A stretch of 62,982 nt of DNA from NCBI GenBank assembly GCA_041663485.1, contig JBAYMO010000002.1:1-62982 (forward strand). The letters run 5' to 3'. This document shows, piece by piece, positions 35,499 through 44,335 of this stretch. Numbering within the stretch: position 1 is the stretch's first letter; every line of letters starts with the position of its first letter. The notes beneath the pieces were generated by a model. It did not search any database, was not told the origin of the DNA, and worked only from the letters and a program-made list of their open reading frames with translations. Source of the DNA: Candidatus Buchananbacteria bacterium (lineage in GTDB: Bacteria; Patescibacteriota; Patescibacteriia; Buchananbacterales; UBA6539). Both the position numbers and the translations under genes were made by a program.

Positions 35499-37238
35499 AT
35501 GATTACTCGAGAAGAACTAATTAAAAAATACTTGGATTTTTTCGTTAAAAAGGGTCATGCCATAATCCCGTCGGCTTCTTTAATTCCGGAAAATGACCCC
35601 ACGGTTTTATTTACTACCGCCGGCATGCACCCTTTGGTGCCATATCTTTTGGGTGAAAAACACCCGGCCGGCACCAGGCTTTGTGACGTGCAAAAATGCA
35701 TCAGAACCGCCGACATTGATGAAGTTGGGGATAATACTCATTTAACTTTCTTTGAAATGCTCGGCAATTGGTCGCTGGGTGATTATTGGAAAAACGATAT
35801 GATTGCCTGGAGTTTTGAATTTTTAACCAAAGAATTAAATATTCCTTTGGAAAAAATTGGGGTATCATGTTTTTCTGGAGACGCTGATGCGGCTCGCGAT
35901 AATGAATCGGCCGAAGTCTGGCTTAGTTTGGGTGTGGCCCAAGAGCGTATTGCATTTTTGCCTAAAGAAGACAATTGGTGGGGTCCAGCCGGTGTAACCG
36001 GACCCTGCGGCCCGGATTCGGAAATGTTTTATTGGACCGGGCAAGAACCGGCGCCAATGATTTTTGATCCCAAAAATAAAAAATGGGTAGAGATTTGGAA
36101 CGACGTATTCATGCAATACAATAAAAATTCTGACGGGACTTTCCAGGAATTAACTCAAAAAAATATTGATACCGGCATGGGCGTGGAAAGAACCTTAGCC
36201 GTCTTAAACGGTTTTGATAATACCTATGCCATTGCGCCGTTTCAACCGATTATTGAAAAGATTAAGTCCTTAGCCAAAAATGACAATGATTCATCGGTTA
36301 GAATTATTGCCGATCACCTCAGAGCCGCCACCTTCATTCTGGGTGATAATAAAGGCATCAGTCCTTCAAACTTGGATCAAGGCTATGTTTTAAGACGACT
36401 AATCAGACGGGCTATTCGTCATGGTAAAACCCTTGGAATTAATCAAAATTTCACCTCTGAAATTGCTAAGATTATCATTGAAGTATTTGCTCAGGATTAT
36501 CCTGAATTAAAATCAAATCAAGCATTTGTTATTGATCAACTTAATCAGGAAGAAGAAAAATTTAGCAAAACCTTAGAAAAAGGCTTAAAAGAATTTGAAA
36601 AAATTTCTCAATCTGACATTAGTGGCCATGATGCTTTTATATTATTTACTTCTTATGGTTTTCCGCTGGAAATGACTAAAGAGTTGGCGACGGAAAAAGG
36701 TATTAAAGTTGATGAGACCGGTTTTAATGAAGAATTTAAAAAACACCAAGAGCTATCCCGAGTTGGCGCCGAACAAAAATTTAAAGGCGGTTTAGCCGAC
36801 TCTTCCGAGACTTCTGCCAAAATGCATACCGCCACCCACTTAATGTTGGCTGCCTTAAGACAGGTATTAGGCGACCATGTCCTGCAAAAAGGCGCCAATA
36901 TTACTCCCGAAAGAATTCGTTTTGACTTTTCTCATCCGGAAAAAATGACTCCGGAACAAATCAAACAAGTCGAGGATTTAGTTAACGAACAAATTTCAAA
37001 AGCCATTCCGGTTGTCTGCGACGAAATGGAATTGGCCGAAGCGAAGCAAAGGGGAGCGATGGGAGTTTTTGATGATCGCTACGGGCAAAAGGTTAAAGTC
37101 TATAAAATTGATAATTTTAGTCAAGAAATTTGTGGCGGTCCGCACGCTAATAACACCTCAGAACTGGGAAAATTCAAAATTTTGAAAGAAGAATCCAGTA
37201 GCTCAGGCGTACGCAGAATCAAAGCCATATTAGAATAA
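35499..37238 (+). CDS. alaS: Alanine--tRNA ligase, short form (579 aa)
   Basis: Class II catalytic core (FTTAGMHP, RKCIRT-like QKCIRTADI, FFEMLGNWS). Editing domain HTATHLM...CGGPH. The ORF ends right after the editing domain. Confidence 0.9.
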   Translation: MITREELIKKYLDFFVKKGHAIIPSASLIPENDPTVLFTTAGMHPLVPYLLGEKHPAGTRLCDVQKCIRTADIDEVGDNTHLTFFEMLGNWSLGDYWKNDMIAWSFEFLTKELNIPLEKIGVSCFSGDADAARDNESAEVWLSLGVAQERIAFLPKEDNWWGPAGVTGPCGPDSEMFYWTGQEPAPMIFDPKNKKWVEIWNDVFMQYNKNSDGTFQELTQKNIDTGMGVERTLAVLNGFDNTYAIAPFQPIIEKIKSLAKNDNDSSVRIIADHLRAATFILGDNKGISPSNLDQGYVLRRLIRRAIRHGKTLGINQNFTSEIAKIIIEVFAQDYPELKSNQAFVIDQLNQEEEKFSKTLEKGLKEFEKISQSDISGHDAFILFTSYGFPLEMTKELATEKGIKVDETGFNEEFKKHQELSRVGAEQKFKGGLADSSETSAKMHTATHLMLAALRQVLGDHVLQKGANITPERIRFDFSHPEKMTPEQIKQVEDLVNEQISKAIPVVCDEMELAEAKQRGAMGVFDDRYGQKVKVYKIDNFSQEICGGPHANNTSELGKFKILKEESSSSGVRRIKAILE

Positions 37239-37281
37239 AATTATTTGAAAACAAAGATGGTTCTATGGGCCGTCTTTTTTA

Positions 37282-37309
37282 TTGACAATTTTAGCGTTTG
37301 GAGTAATAT
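37282..37309 (+). promoter_or_regulatory. Sigma70-like promoter TTGACA-N16-TAATAT
   Basis: TTGACA 37282-37287; TAATAT 37304-37309. Confidence 0.5.
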
Positions 37310-37378
37310 ATTTTATTGGTAACGCCACTAATCGCCTTACCGTGTACTCGAACCTTTAACCTAACAAGGAAACCGACT

Positions 37379-37612
37379 ATGGCTGAGAGGAGAATATTCG
37401 CCGCCGAGATGACGATAGCCGAGGCATTGGCTCTGCATCCAAGGGCGGCCAAAGTGTTCAAGGCCTTTCATTTGGGCGGATGCAGACATTGCGCAATGAA
37501 CGATATCGAAACGGTTGAGAAGGTTTGCTCATCCTATCACATCGACCTTAACGCATTTTTGGAGGCTCTGAATGCCCTGGTCGCCGAACATCCGGTGAAA
37601 AAGACTGGGTAA
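37379..37612 (+). CDS. DUF1858-like small protein (hybrid-cluster-protein-associated redox disulfide-type domain)
   Basis: MTIAEALALHPRAAKVFKAFHLGGCRHCAM..ETVEKVCSSYHIDLNAFLEALN matches the DUF1858 pattern as I remember it. About 51% G+C by hand count. ATG at 37379 preferred to the track start. Confidence 0.7.
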   Translation: MAERRIFAAEMTIAEALALHPRAAKVFKAFHLGGCRHCAMNDIETVEKVCSSYHIDLNAFLEALNALVAEHPVKKTG

Positions 37613-37648
37613 GAAGTTAATTGATCACAAACTTCCCACCAAATCATG

Positions 37649-37679
37649 CGGCCGCTGTCGATAAAGTGGCCGTTTTTTT
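37649..37679 (+). terminator. Intrinsic terminator
   Basis: CGGCC...GGCCG stem with a 14-nt loop, followed by TTTTTTT. Confidence 0.55.
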
Positions 37680-37815
37680 ATCTAAAACATATAAAAAATA
37701 ATTATAAAAATCAATAATATTCAGCTAAAATTAGCTAAATATATATTGTTATCAAAAATGTCCCTGGCCTTTTCTTGACTTTTTTATTAAATTGAGATAA
37801 CATTAAACAGTATTA

Positions 37816-37843
37816 TTGACAAATAAAGGTAACCTGATATAAT
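37816..37843 (+). promoter_or_regulatory. Strong promoter TTGACA-N16-TGaTATAAT (extended -10) for infA-rpmJ-rps-rpoA operon
   Basis: TTGACA 37816-37821; TG 37835-37836; TATAAT 37838-37843. Confidence 0.7.
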
Positions 37844-37941
37844 AAAAAAGGTGAAAATAAATACAATTCGTTTTATTTTCAATAAAATTCTAGGCTAGTT
37901 ATCAGCGAATAAGAGCCAAGAATTTTATTTTTTTCTAAATT

Positions 37942-38175
37942 ATGCCACAAGCATCAACACCAAGCAGTAAAGATTTCATCGAAATTAACGGCGAGGTCGA
38001 CGAACTATTACCGGCCGCCACCTTCAGAGTTACTCTGGAAAATGGTCACGAAATATTAGCCCATCTTTCCGGTAAAATGAGAATGTTTAAAATCAGACTT
38101 TTGCCCGGTGACAAAGTTAAAGTGCAAATGACCCCTTACGATTTAACCAAAGGCAGAATAATTTATCGTTATTAA
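37942..38175 (+). CDS. infA: Translation initiation factor IF-1
   Basis: S1-like fold: [46 protein letters not shown]. Confidence 0.95.
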   Translation: MPQASTPSSKDFIEINGEVDELLPAATFRVTLENGHEILAHLSGKMRMFKIRLLPGDKVKVQMTPYDLTKGRIIYRY

Positions 38176-38178
38176 AAT

Positions 38179-38292
38179 ATGAAAGTTCGAGCATCCGTTA
38201 AAAAAATTTGTAAAGATTGCAAAGTGATCCGCCGCAATAAGCGTGTCAGAATTGTTTGTAAAAATCCCCGCCATAAGCAAAGACAGGGGTAA
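38179..38292 (+). CDS. rpmJ: 50S ribosomal protein L36 (not in ORF track)
   Basis: My translation: [37 protein letters not shown]. Confidence 0.93.
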   Translation: MKVRASVKKICKDCKVIRRNKRVRIVCKNPRHKQRQG

Positions 38293-38311
38293 TTAACTAT
38301 ACTAAATTACT

Positions 38312-38701
38312 ATGGCTAGAATCGCAGGCGTAACATTACCAAAGGAAAAAAGAATTGAAATAGGTATTACCTATATTTTCGGTATTGGTCGGACTCAAGC
38401 GGCCAAAATCCTAAAAGAGGCTAAAATTAATCCAGACACCAGGGTTCATGCCTTAACTGATGAGGAAACCAATCGTTTAAGGGATATTATTGAGAAAAAA
38501 TATAAGGTGGAAGGTGAATTAAGACGCGATATTCTAATGAATATCAAGCGTTTGAAAGAAATTGACAGCTACCGTGGTTCGCGCCACTCCCGTCATTTGC
38601 CGGCTCGCGGCCAAAGAACCAAGACCAATTCCCGAACCGTTCGTGGCAACGTCAGACGCACTGCCACTTCCGGCAAGAAGCCAGCTGGTCAAAAGACTTA
38701 A
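38312..38701 (+). CDS. rpsM: 30S ribosomal protein S13
   Basis: [43 protein letters not shown]. Confidence 0.95.
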   Translation: MARIAGVTLPKEKRIEIGITYIFGIGRTQAAKILKEAKINPDTRVHALTDEETNRLRDIIEKKYKVEGELRRDILMNIKRLKEIDSYRGSRHSRHLPARGQRTKTNSRTVRGNVRRTATSGKKPAGQKT

Positions 38702-38729
38702 TTTTAACGTGATTTTCTTATAAATTTCT

Positions 38730-39188
38730 ATGGTAGAAGAACAAAAAACTATTGTCGCCGAAGACACCGCCCCAGCCGTCAAAGAGGAAACTCCGGCGGA
38801 AGTTAAGGCGGTAAGAGGCAAAGCAAAAAAAACTAAAAGGCAGGTTTCCACCGGCCGAGTTTATATTCAAGCAACTTACAACAACACTTTGATCACTTTT
38901 ACTGACCAGACTGGCAATACTTTAGGTCAATGTTCCGCCGGTCAAGTTGGTTTTCGCGGGCCAAAAAAATCCACTCCGTACGCGGCCGGTATCATTATTG
39001 CCAAAGCCGCGGAAAAGGTTAAGCCTTACGGCTTGAAAGAAGTTAGTGTTTTCGTTCAAGGCGTTGGCGGCGGTCGTGAAGCGGCGATTAGAGCCTTAAA
39101 CGTCAATGGTTTTATTGTTACTAGCATTCAAGATATTACCCCGATTCCACATAATGGTTGCCGGGCGAAGAAACCCAGACGCGTTTAA
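38730..39188 (+). CDS. rpsK: 30S ribosomal protein S11 (with ~25-aa acidic/Ala-rich N-terminal extension)
   Basis: GRVYIQATYNNTLITFTD..GFRGPKKSTPYAA..DITPIPHNGCRAKKPRR. Confidence 0.93.
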   Translation: MVEEQKTIVAEDTAPAVKEETPAEVKAVRGKAKKTKRQVSTGRVYIQATYNNTLITFTDQTGNTLGQCSAGQVGFRGPKKSTPYAAGIIIAKAAEKVKPYGLKEVSVFVQGVGGGREAAIRALNVNGFIVTSIQDITPIPHNGCRAKKPRRV

Positions 39189-39210
39189 TTTTTTTTATAC
39201 TTTATTGAAT

Positions 39211-39840
39211 ATGCCAAAATCACTTGATCCAAAATGTAAAAAATGTCGCCGCGAAGGTGTTAAATTGTTTTTAAAAGGTGAAAAATGCAGCACCGCCAAG
39301 TGCCCAATCATTCGCCGCAATTACCCACCGGGAGCTCATGGCACCAAACGCAAGGGACGTTTAACTGAATATGGCACTCAGCTGCGTGAAAAGCAAAAAG
39401 CCAAAAGAATTTATGGTATTTTTGAGCGACAATTCAGAAATTATTACGAAAAAGCGGTTAACCAGACTGGCGATAGTCAGGAAAATTTACGCCGACTATT
39501 GGAAATGCGCTTCGATAACGTTGTTTATCGCATGGGTTTTGCGAAATCCCGCACTCAGGCCAGACAAATGGTTGGCCATGGCATGTTTTTCGTAAACAAT
39601 AAAAAAGTTAATATTCCGTCATATCAGATGAAACCAAAAGATCAAATTTCTATCAATGAGCATAAGATAAAATCCAAGAATTTCGTTGATTTGGAAAAAA
39701 GTTTAGAGACCAAGGACACTATTTCCTGGATTCATGTTGATCCAAAAAATTTAAGCGCCAAGATCTTAAACGCGCCCAAGGGCGACGAGCTCCAGCAAAC
39801 TTTCAATCCAAGACTAATTATCGAATTTTATTCAAAATAA
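39211..39840 (+). CDS. rpsD: 30S ribosomal protein S4
   Basis: MPKSLDPKCKKCRREG..YGTQLREKQK..S4 domain RFDNVVYRMGFAKSR. ATG at 39211 preferred to the track start at 39106, which overlaps rpsK. Confidence 0.93.
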   Translation: MPKSLDPKCKKCRREGVKLFLKGEKCSTAKCPIIRRNYPPGAHGTKRKGRLTEYGTQLREKQKAKRIYGIFERQFRNYYEKAVNQTGDSQENLRRLLEMRFDNVVYRMGFAKSRTQARQMVGHGMFFVNNKKVNIPSYQMKPKDQISINEHKIKSKNFVDLEKSLETKDTISWIHVDPKNLSAKILNAPKGDELQQTFNPRLIIEFYSK

Positions 39841-39871
39841 TTAACCCGATCTTTTTGGGAGGAAAAACTCT

Positions 39872-40708
39872 ATGGAAAACATTCCTTTACCATCAAAAAT
39901 TGAATTTTTAGACGGCCAAAAAGCCAACGAAGCCGTGCTTAGCATTCAACCGTGCCATCCTGGTTATGGTATTACGCTTGGTAATGCCTTGCGACGCGTT
40001 TTAATGTCATCCTTACCTGGAGCGGCCGTTACTGGTTTTAAAATTAAAGGGGTTAACCATGAATTTTCCGCCATACCCAACGTTAAAGAAGATATCGTGG
40101 AAGTTTCATTAAATCTAAAGCAACTGCGACTGAAAGTTTTTACGGACGAACCCGTCAGATTGGAATTAAAAGCCAAGGGCGAAAAAAAAGTTACCGCTAA
40201 GGATATTAAAAAATCCAGTGACGTAGAAATTGTTAATCCGGATTTATTGATTGCCACCTTAACCAGCGATTCCGCAGAATTGGATATGGAAATTATTGTC
40301 ACTCGCGGCCGCGGTTATGTCGCGACGGAATCACGCGAAAAAGAAAACGCGGAAGTTGATCTGGTCATAATCGACTCAATTTTTACCCCCATGAGAAATG
40401 TTGGTATTCATGTCGAGAATGTCAGAGTCGGGCAGTTTACTAACTATGAAAATTTACTACTGACTATTGAAACCGATGGTTCAATTACGCCCAAAGAAGC
40501 AGTGGAGCAATCAACGGCCGTTTTAATTGAACATTTTAATTTTATTGCGGATAACGTCGCTTCAACCAAAAAAGCCGAAAAAGCTAAAGTTGAAGAGAAA
40601 GAAGCTGAAGAAGATGAGGATGAGGATGAAGAAGTAGAGGACGAAGACAATGAAAAGAAAGAAAAAAAGGAAAAGAAGGCTAAAAAACCTAAAAAAGAGA
40701 AGAAATAA
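39872..40708 (+). CDS. rpoA: DNA-directed RNA polymerase alpha subunit, N-terminal domain followed by charged low-complexity tail
   Basis: GYGITLGNALRRVLMSSLPGAAV.. NTD extends to about residue 225. Residues 226-278 are KKAEKAKVEEKEAEEDEDEDEEVEDEDNEKKEKKEKKAKKPKKEKK. Confidence 0.9.
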   Translation: MENIPLPSKIEFLDGQKANEAVLSIQPCHPGYGITLGNALRRVLMSSLPGAAVTGFKIKGVNHEFSAIPNVKEDIVEVSLNLKQLRLKVFTDEPVRLELKAKGEKKVTAKDIKKSSDVEIVNPDLLIATLTSDSAELDMEIIVTRGRGYVATESREKENAEVDLVIIDSIFTPMRNVGIHVENVRVGQFTNYENLLLTIETDGSITPKEAVEQSTAVLIEHFNFIADNVASTKKAEKAKVEEKEAEEDEDEDEEVEDEDNEKKEKKEKKAKKPKKEKK

Positions 40709-40726
40709 TTTTGGATAAAGATAATT

Positions 40727-41077
40727 ATGAGACACCGCAAAAAAGGAAAAATTCTAGATCGTAAAAAAGCACCGCGTGAAGCCATGCTTAGAAACATGGT
40801 TACCAGTATTTTGTTTTATGAAAAAATCAAAACCACTAAAGCCAAGGCTAAAGCGGTTAAACCGATGGTAGAAAAAATCATTACTATTTCAAAGAAGAAT
40901 GATTTAACTTCTCGCCGCAAGCTTTTGGAAGTTTTATATCATAAAAAAGCCGTGACTAAAGCCTTAGAAGTTATTGGTCCGCGCTATAAGGATCGAAAGG
41001 GCGGTTATACCAGAATTATTAACTTAGGCCTGCGTAAAGGTGATGGCGCGGAAATGGTTCAACTTGAATTAGTTTAA
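40727..41077 (+). CDS. rplQ: 50S ribosomal protein L17
   Basis: MRHRKKGKILDRKKAPREAMLRN..GGYTRI. Confidence 0.93.
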   Translation: MRHRKKGKILDRKKAPREAMLRNMVTSILFYEKIKTTKAKAKAVKPMVEKIITISKKNDLTSRRKLLEVLYHKKAVTKALEVIGPRYKDRKGGYTRIINLGLRKGDGAEMVQLELV

Positions 41078-41091
41078 ATTTAATTATCGAT

Positions 41092-41493
41092 ATGGATAAA
41101 AAGATTGTAAAAAAAGTTAAAAAAGTTTCAAAAAAGCCGATCATTAATCGAGCGGTTATAAAAATTGACGCGACCGACCAGGTTTTAGGTCGTTTGGCTT
41201 GCAATATCGCTAAGAGATTAATGGGTAAAGATAAGGCTACTTACCAATATCATATCGATAATGGTGATATTATTTATGTTACTAACGTTACTAAGTTGAA
41301 ATTTTCTGGTAAAAAATTTGATCAAAAGGTTTATTATCATTACTCAGGTTATCCGGGCGGCTTAATTGAGACTCCCATGAAAAGATTATACGCCAAAGAT
41401 CCGGCAAAAATTTTACACTTTGCTGTTTGGAATATGTTACCCAAGAATAAATTACGGGCTCAAATGATTAAACGTTTAAAAATTTCTAAGTAA
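41092..41493 (+). CDS. rplM: 50S ribosomal protein L13
   Basis: IDATDQVLGRLACNIAKRLMGK..YYHYSGYPGG. Confidence 0.93.
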   Translation: MDKKIVKKVKKVSKKPIINRAVIKIDATDQVLGRLACNIAKRLMGKDKATYQYHIDNGDIIYVTNVTKLKFSGKKFDQKVYYHYSGYPGGLIETPMKRLYAKDPAKILHFAVWNMLPKNKLRAQMIKRLKISK

Positions 41494-41495
41494 AT

Positions 41496-41942
41496 ATGGT
41501 TAAAGCTGAGAAAAAAGTTAAAGAACCAATTGTGGAAAAAAAGCGTGTTAGACACAGCTACTTGTTTGCTGTTGGCCGACGCAAAAAATCGATTGCTCGG
41601 GTTCGTTTAATTAAAAGTGGCGAAGGCAAAATTACGGTCAATGACAAAGATTATGATAAATATTTCCCAACTTTTGAATTAGCCGAGAATTTACGTCAAC
41701 CGCTTGAAGCCGTAGGCAAGCAAAAAGACTTTAATTTTTCCATTAAAGTTGCCGGCGGTGGCGCCAGAGGTCAAGCTGAAGCCGCTCGACACGGCATCGC
41801 CAGAGCTTTATTGATTTTTGATAAGGATTTAAAACCAACCCTTAAGCCGCTAGGATACTTAAAACGCGATCCAAGAAGAAAAGAAAGAAAGAAACCGGGT
41901 TTGAAAAAAGCCAGACGCGGACCACAGTGGGCAAAACGGTAA
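41496..41942 (+). CDS. rpsI: 30S ribosomal protein S9
   Basis: GRRKKSIARVRL..GGGARGQAEAARHGIARAL..RDPRRKERKKPGLKKARR. Confidence 0.93.
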   Translation: MVKAEKKVKEPIVEKKRVRHSYLFAVGRRKKSIARVRLIKSGEGKITVNDKDYDKYFPTFELAENLRQPLEAVGKQKDFNFSIKVAGGGARGQAEAARHGIARALLIFDKDLKPTLKPLGYLKRDPRRKERKKPGLKKARRGPQWAKR

Positions 41943-41957
41943 ACACAACGTCTTATA

Positions 41958-41989
41958 TAAAAAACACCTTGTTAATTCAAGGTGTTTTT
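41958..41989 (+). terminator. Intrinsic terminator of the ribosomal protein operon
   Basis: ACACCTTG-TTAATT-CAAGGTGT followed by TTTT. Confidence 0.8.
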
Positions 41990-42050
41990 GTTAATTGATA
42001 AAAGTTCCTAGATATGAGAAAATTAAGGCATAATTATTTATAATAAAATT

Positions 42051-42320
42051 ATGGCTAAACTTCATTTTACCGCTGATGAGGCTAAATCAATCGGCGAACA
42101 ACTAGGCGTTAACTGGTCTTTATTTGACGTTGAACAGTTTAGAATGGGTATGGATGTAGAATTAGAACATGGCACAGTAGATCCCAATACTAACGTCTCA
42201 AATGACGATCCCTTAATTACCGGCAAAATCACTTTGGCTCACTTGAACGAACTGAGAGATTATTACACTCGGTTAGCTCAAATGGAAATAGAAGGTGAGG
42301 CGTATTGGGAAAATAAATAA
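42051..42320 (+). CDS. Conserved hypothetical protein (89 aa)
   Basis: Soluble acidic protein with MGMDVELEHGT. I cannot assign a function. Confidence 0.6.
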   Translation: MAKLHFTADEAKSIGEQLGVNWSLFDVEQFRMGMDVELEHGTVDPNTNVSNDDPLITGKITLAHLNELRDYYTRLAQMEIEGEAYWENK

Positions 42321-42335
42321 TAATATTTGCGTAAA

Positions 42336-44078
42336 ATGAAAAAATTAATTTTATTTTTTTCAATTTTTGGATTATTGATTGCCGGACCAGCTTTGGCGCA
42401 AGAAAAAATCGATAATTACTCCGTCCAAATTAAGATTAACCAGGATGCCAGCCTAGATATTCAAGAAAATATCAGCTACAATTTTGGCGATCAAGAACGG
42501 CATGGAATTTATCGCGATATACCGATTAGCTACCGCAACTCTTTTGGTAATTTTAATTTAAAAATCAGTGCTATTTCCGTCGTTAATGAAGCCGGCCAGG
42601 CCTACAATTTTACTATTAACAACAAGGGTTCGGATAAATCTATAAAAATTGGAGACGCTGACAAATTGGTTTCTGGAATTAAAACCTATATTATTAAATA
42701 CAAAATTAACCGAGCCATAAATTATTTTGATGATCACGATGAAATTTATTGGAATGCGATCGGCGGTCAATGGCAGATTCCTATTGATCAGGCGAAAGTT
42801 GATGTTATTTTTGATTCAAATTTTGACAAAAATTTATTGCAGACAAAATGTTATTTTGGCGTTTCAAATTCCCAAACACCGTGCGACGTGGCTGGAATTT
42901 CAGATGATAAAAATCCTGGCGCCTATTTTTCACAAACCAAAATTAATCCAGGGGATTATTTAACTATCGTCGTCGGTTTTCCAAAAAATATCGTCAGCCA
43001 GCCCAGCTGGCAGCAAAATTTTATTGAAGCGATTCAAGACAATATAATCTTATTTTTGCCAATCGGGGTTTTTATTATAGTATTTATTGTTTGGTATAAA
43101 AAAGGGCGCGACCCTAAAGGCCGGGGAACAATCATTACTCAGTTTGACGTGCCGGACAATTTAACCCCGGCTGAAGTCGGCTTAATTGTCGACGGACGAT
43201 TGAGTAATTTTGATATTTCATCAGAAATAATTTATCTGGCGACTCAGGACTACATCAAAATTCATCAGATTCCTGACAAAAGCATCCTTGATAAATTCAG
43301 CAAAACTGATAATTACATTCTAGAAAAAATTGATAAGCCAGAAAATTTCAATAATGAGTTTGACGGAAAAATTCTAAGCAGCCTTTTTTCTGCTTCATAT
43401 CTAAAAGAGCATGAAATTGATGGCCAAATAGTTAAGGGCACAAAGCTTTCCAGTTTTAAAGAAGAGTTTGCCAAAGACTTGAAAGAAATCAAAAAAACTA
43501 TTTTTGCGGCGGTAACTGAAAAAGGTTATTTTGCCAGCAATCCCAATACCACTAGAGGGGTCTATGTTGGCCTGGGTGTTGTTGTAATTTTTTTCTCATT
43601 TGTTTTTGGTGGAGCTTTTGGCGTATCGAGCGTAATCAGTTTGGGACTATGTGGTATAATAATTCTGCTTTTTGGTATAATAATGCCGAAAATGACGCAA
43701 AAAGGCGTTTTGACCAAAGAGTATATTTTAGGCTTGAAAAACTACTTAAACGTTGCAGAAAAAGATCGGTTAAATTTTCATAATGCCCCCGAGAAAAAGC
43801 CCGAAACATTTGAGAAGCTTTTGCCGTTTGCTATGGCCTTAAATGTTGAGAAGCAATGGGCTAAACAGTTTGAGGATATTTACAAGCAAAATCCTGATTG
43901 GTATGTTAACAGCACCAATCAAACCTTCAATGCAATAATTTTTTCCAATAATCTCAGGGCGTTTAGCACTGCCACCAACTCCATGTTTCAATCGACAAGC
44001 CAAGCGGCCAGCGGCGGTAGTGGCTTTAGCGGCGGCGGTGGAGGGGGATTCGGCGGTGGTGGCGGTGGTAGTTGGTAA
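42336..44078 (+). CDS. DUF2207-like membrane protein with Gly-rich C-terminus
   Basis: Signal peptide, extracellular domain, TM helices, and tail SGGSGFSGGGGGGFGGGGGGSW typical of the DUF2207 family. ATG at 42336 preferred to the TTG at 42327. Confidence 0.8.
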   Translation: MKKLILFFSIFGLLIAGPALAQEKIDNYSVQIKINQDASLDIQENISYNFGDQERHGIYRDIPISYRNSFGNFNLKISAISVVNEAGQAYNFTINNKGSDKSIKIGDADKLVSGIKTYIIKYKINRAINYFDDHDEIYWNAIGGQWQIPIDQAKVDVIFDSNFDKNLLQTKCYFGVSNSQTPCDVAGISDDKNPGAYFSQTKINPGDYLTIVVGFPKNIVSQPSWQQNFIEAIQDNIILFLPIGVFIIVFIVWYKKGRDPKGRGTIITQFDVPDNLTPAEVGLIVDGRLSNFDISSEIIYLATQDYIKIHQIPDKSILDKFSKTDNYILEKIDKPENFNNEFDGKILSSLFSASYLKEHEIDGQIVKGTKLSSFKEEFAKDLKEIKKTIFAAVTEKGYFASNPNTTRGVYVGLGVVVIFFSFVFGGAFGVSSVISLGLCGIIILLFGIIMPKMTQKGVLTKEYILGLKNYLNVAEKDRLNFHNAPEKKPETFEKLLPFAMALNVEKQWAKQFEDIYKQNPDWYVNSTNQTFNAIIFSNNLRAFSTATNSMFQSTSQAASGGSGFSGGGGGGFGGGGGGSW

Positions 44079-44094
44079 ATATTCAAATACAAAT

Positions 44095-44117
44095 AAAGCC
44101 CCAGCGTTTGGGGTTTT
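44095..44117 (+). terminator. Intrinsic terminator
   Basis: AAAGCCCCA-GCGTT-TGGGGTTTT. Confidence 0.75.
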
Positions 44118-44120
44118 ATC

Positions 44121-44149
44121 TTGACTTTGTAATAAAAATATACTAATAT
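44121..44149 (+). promoter_or_regulatory. Sigma70-like promoter TTGACT-N17-TAATAT
   Basis: TTGACT 44121-44126; TAATAT 44144-44149. Confidence 0.55.
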
Positions 44150-44195
44150 TATCAATCAACATGGTTTTTAATGCGCTTAGCGCAAGGAGGTTCCC

Positions 44196-44315
44196 ATGCA
44201 AAAGATTGCTTTCGACAATTCGTGGTCAGTTGGCGCTCTTATCATCGCCGCCATCAGCAGCCTCGCCAGTCTGCTGGCCTTGCTCTGGCAAGAGTTGGGG
44301 GTACGACTGTACTAA
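44196..44315 (+). CDS. 39-aa hydrophobic peptide (not in ORF track)
   Basis: My translation: MQKIAFDNSWSVGALIIAAISSLASLLALLWQELGVRLY*. SD AAGGAGG (44184-44190) lies 5 nt upstream. About 53% G+C by hand count. Has a promoter and terminator. Confidence 0.6.
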   Translation: MQKIAFDNSWSVGALIIAAISSLASLLALLWQELGVRLY

Positions 44316-44335
44316 ACCAACGCCACGCAACATTG

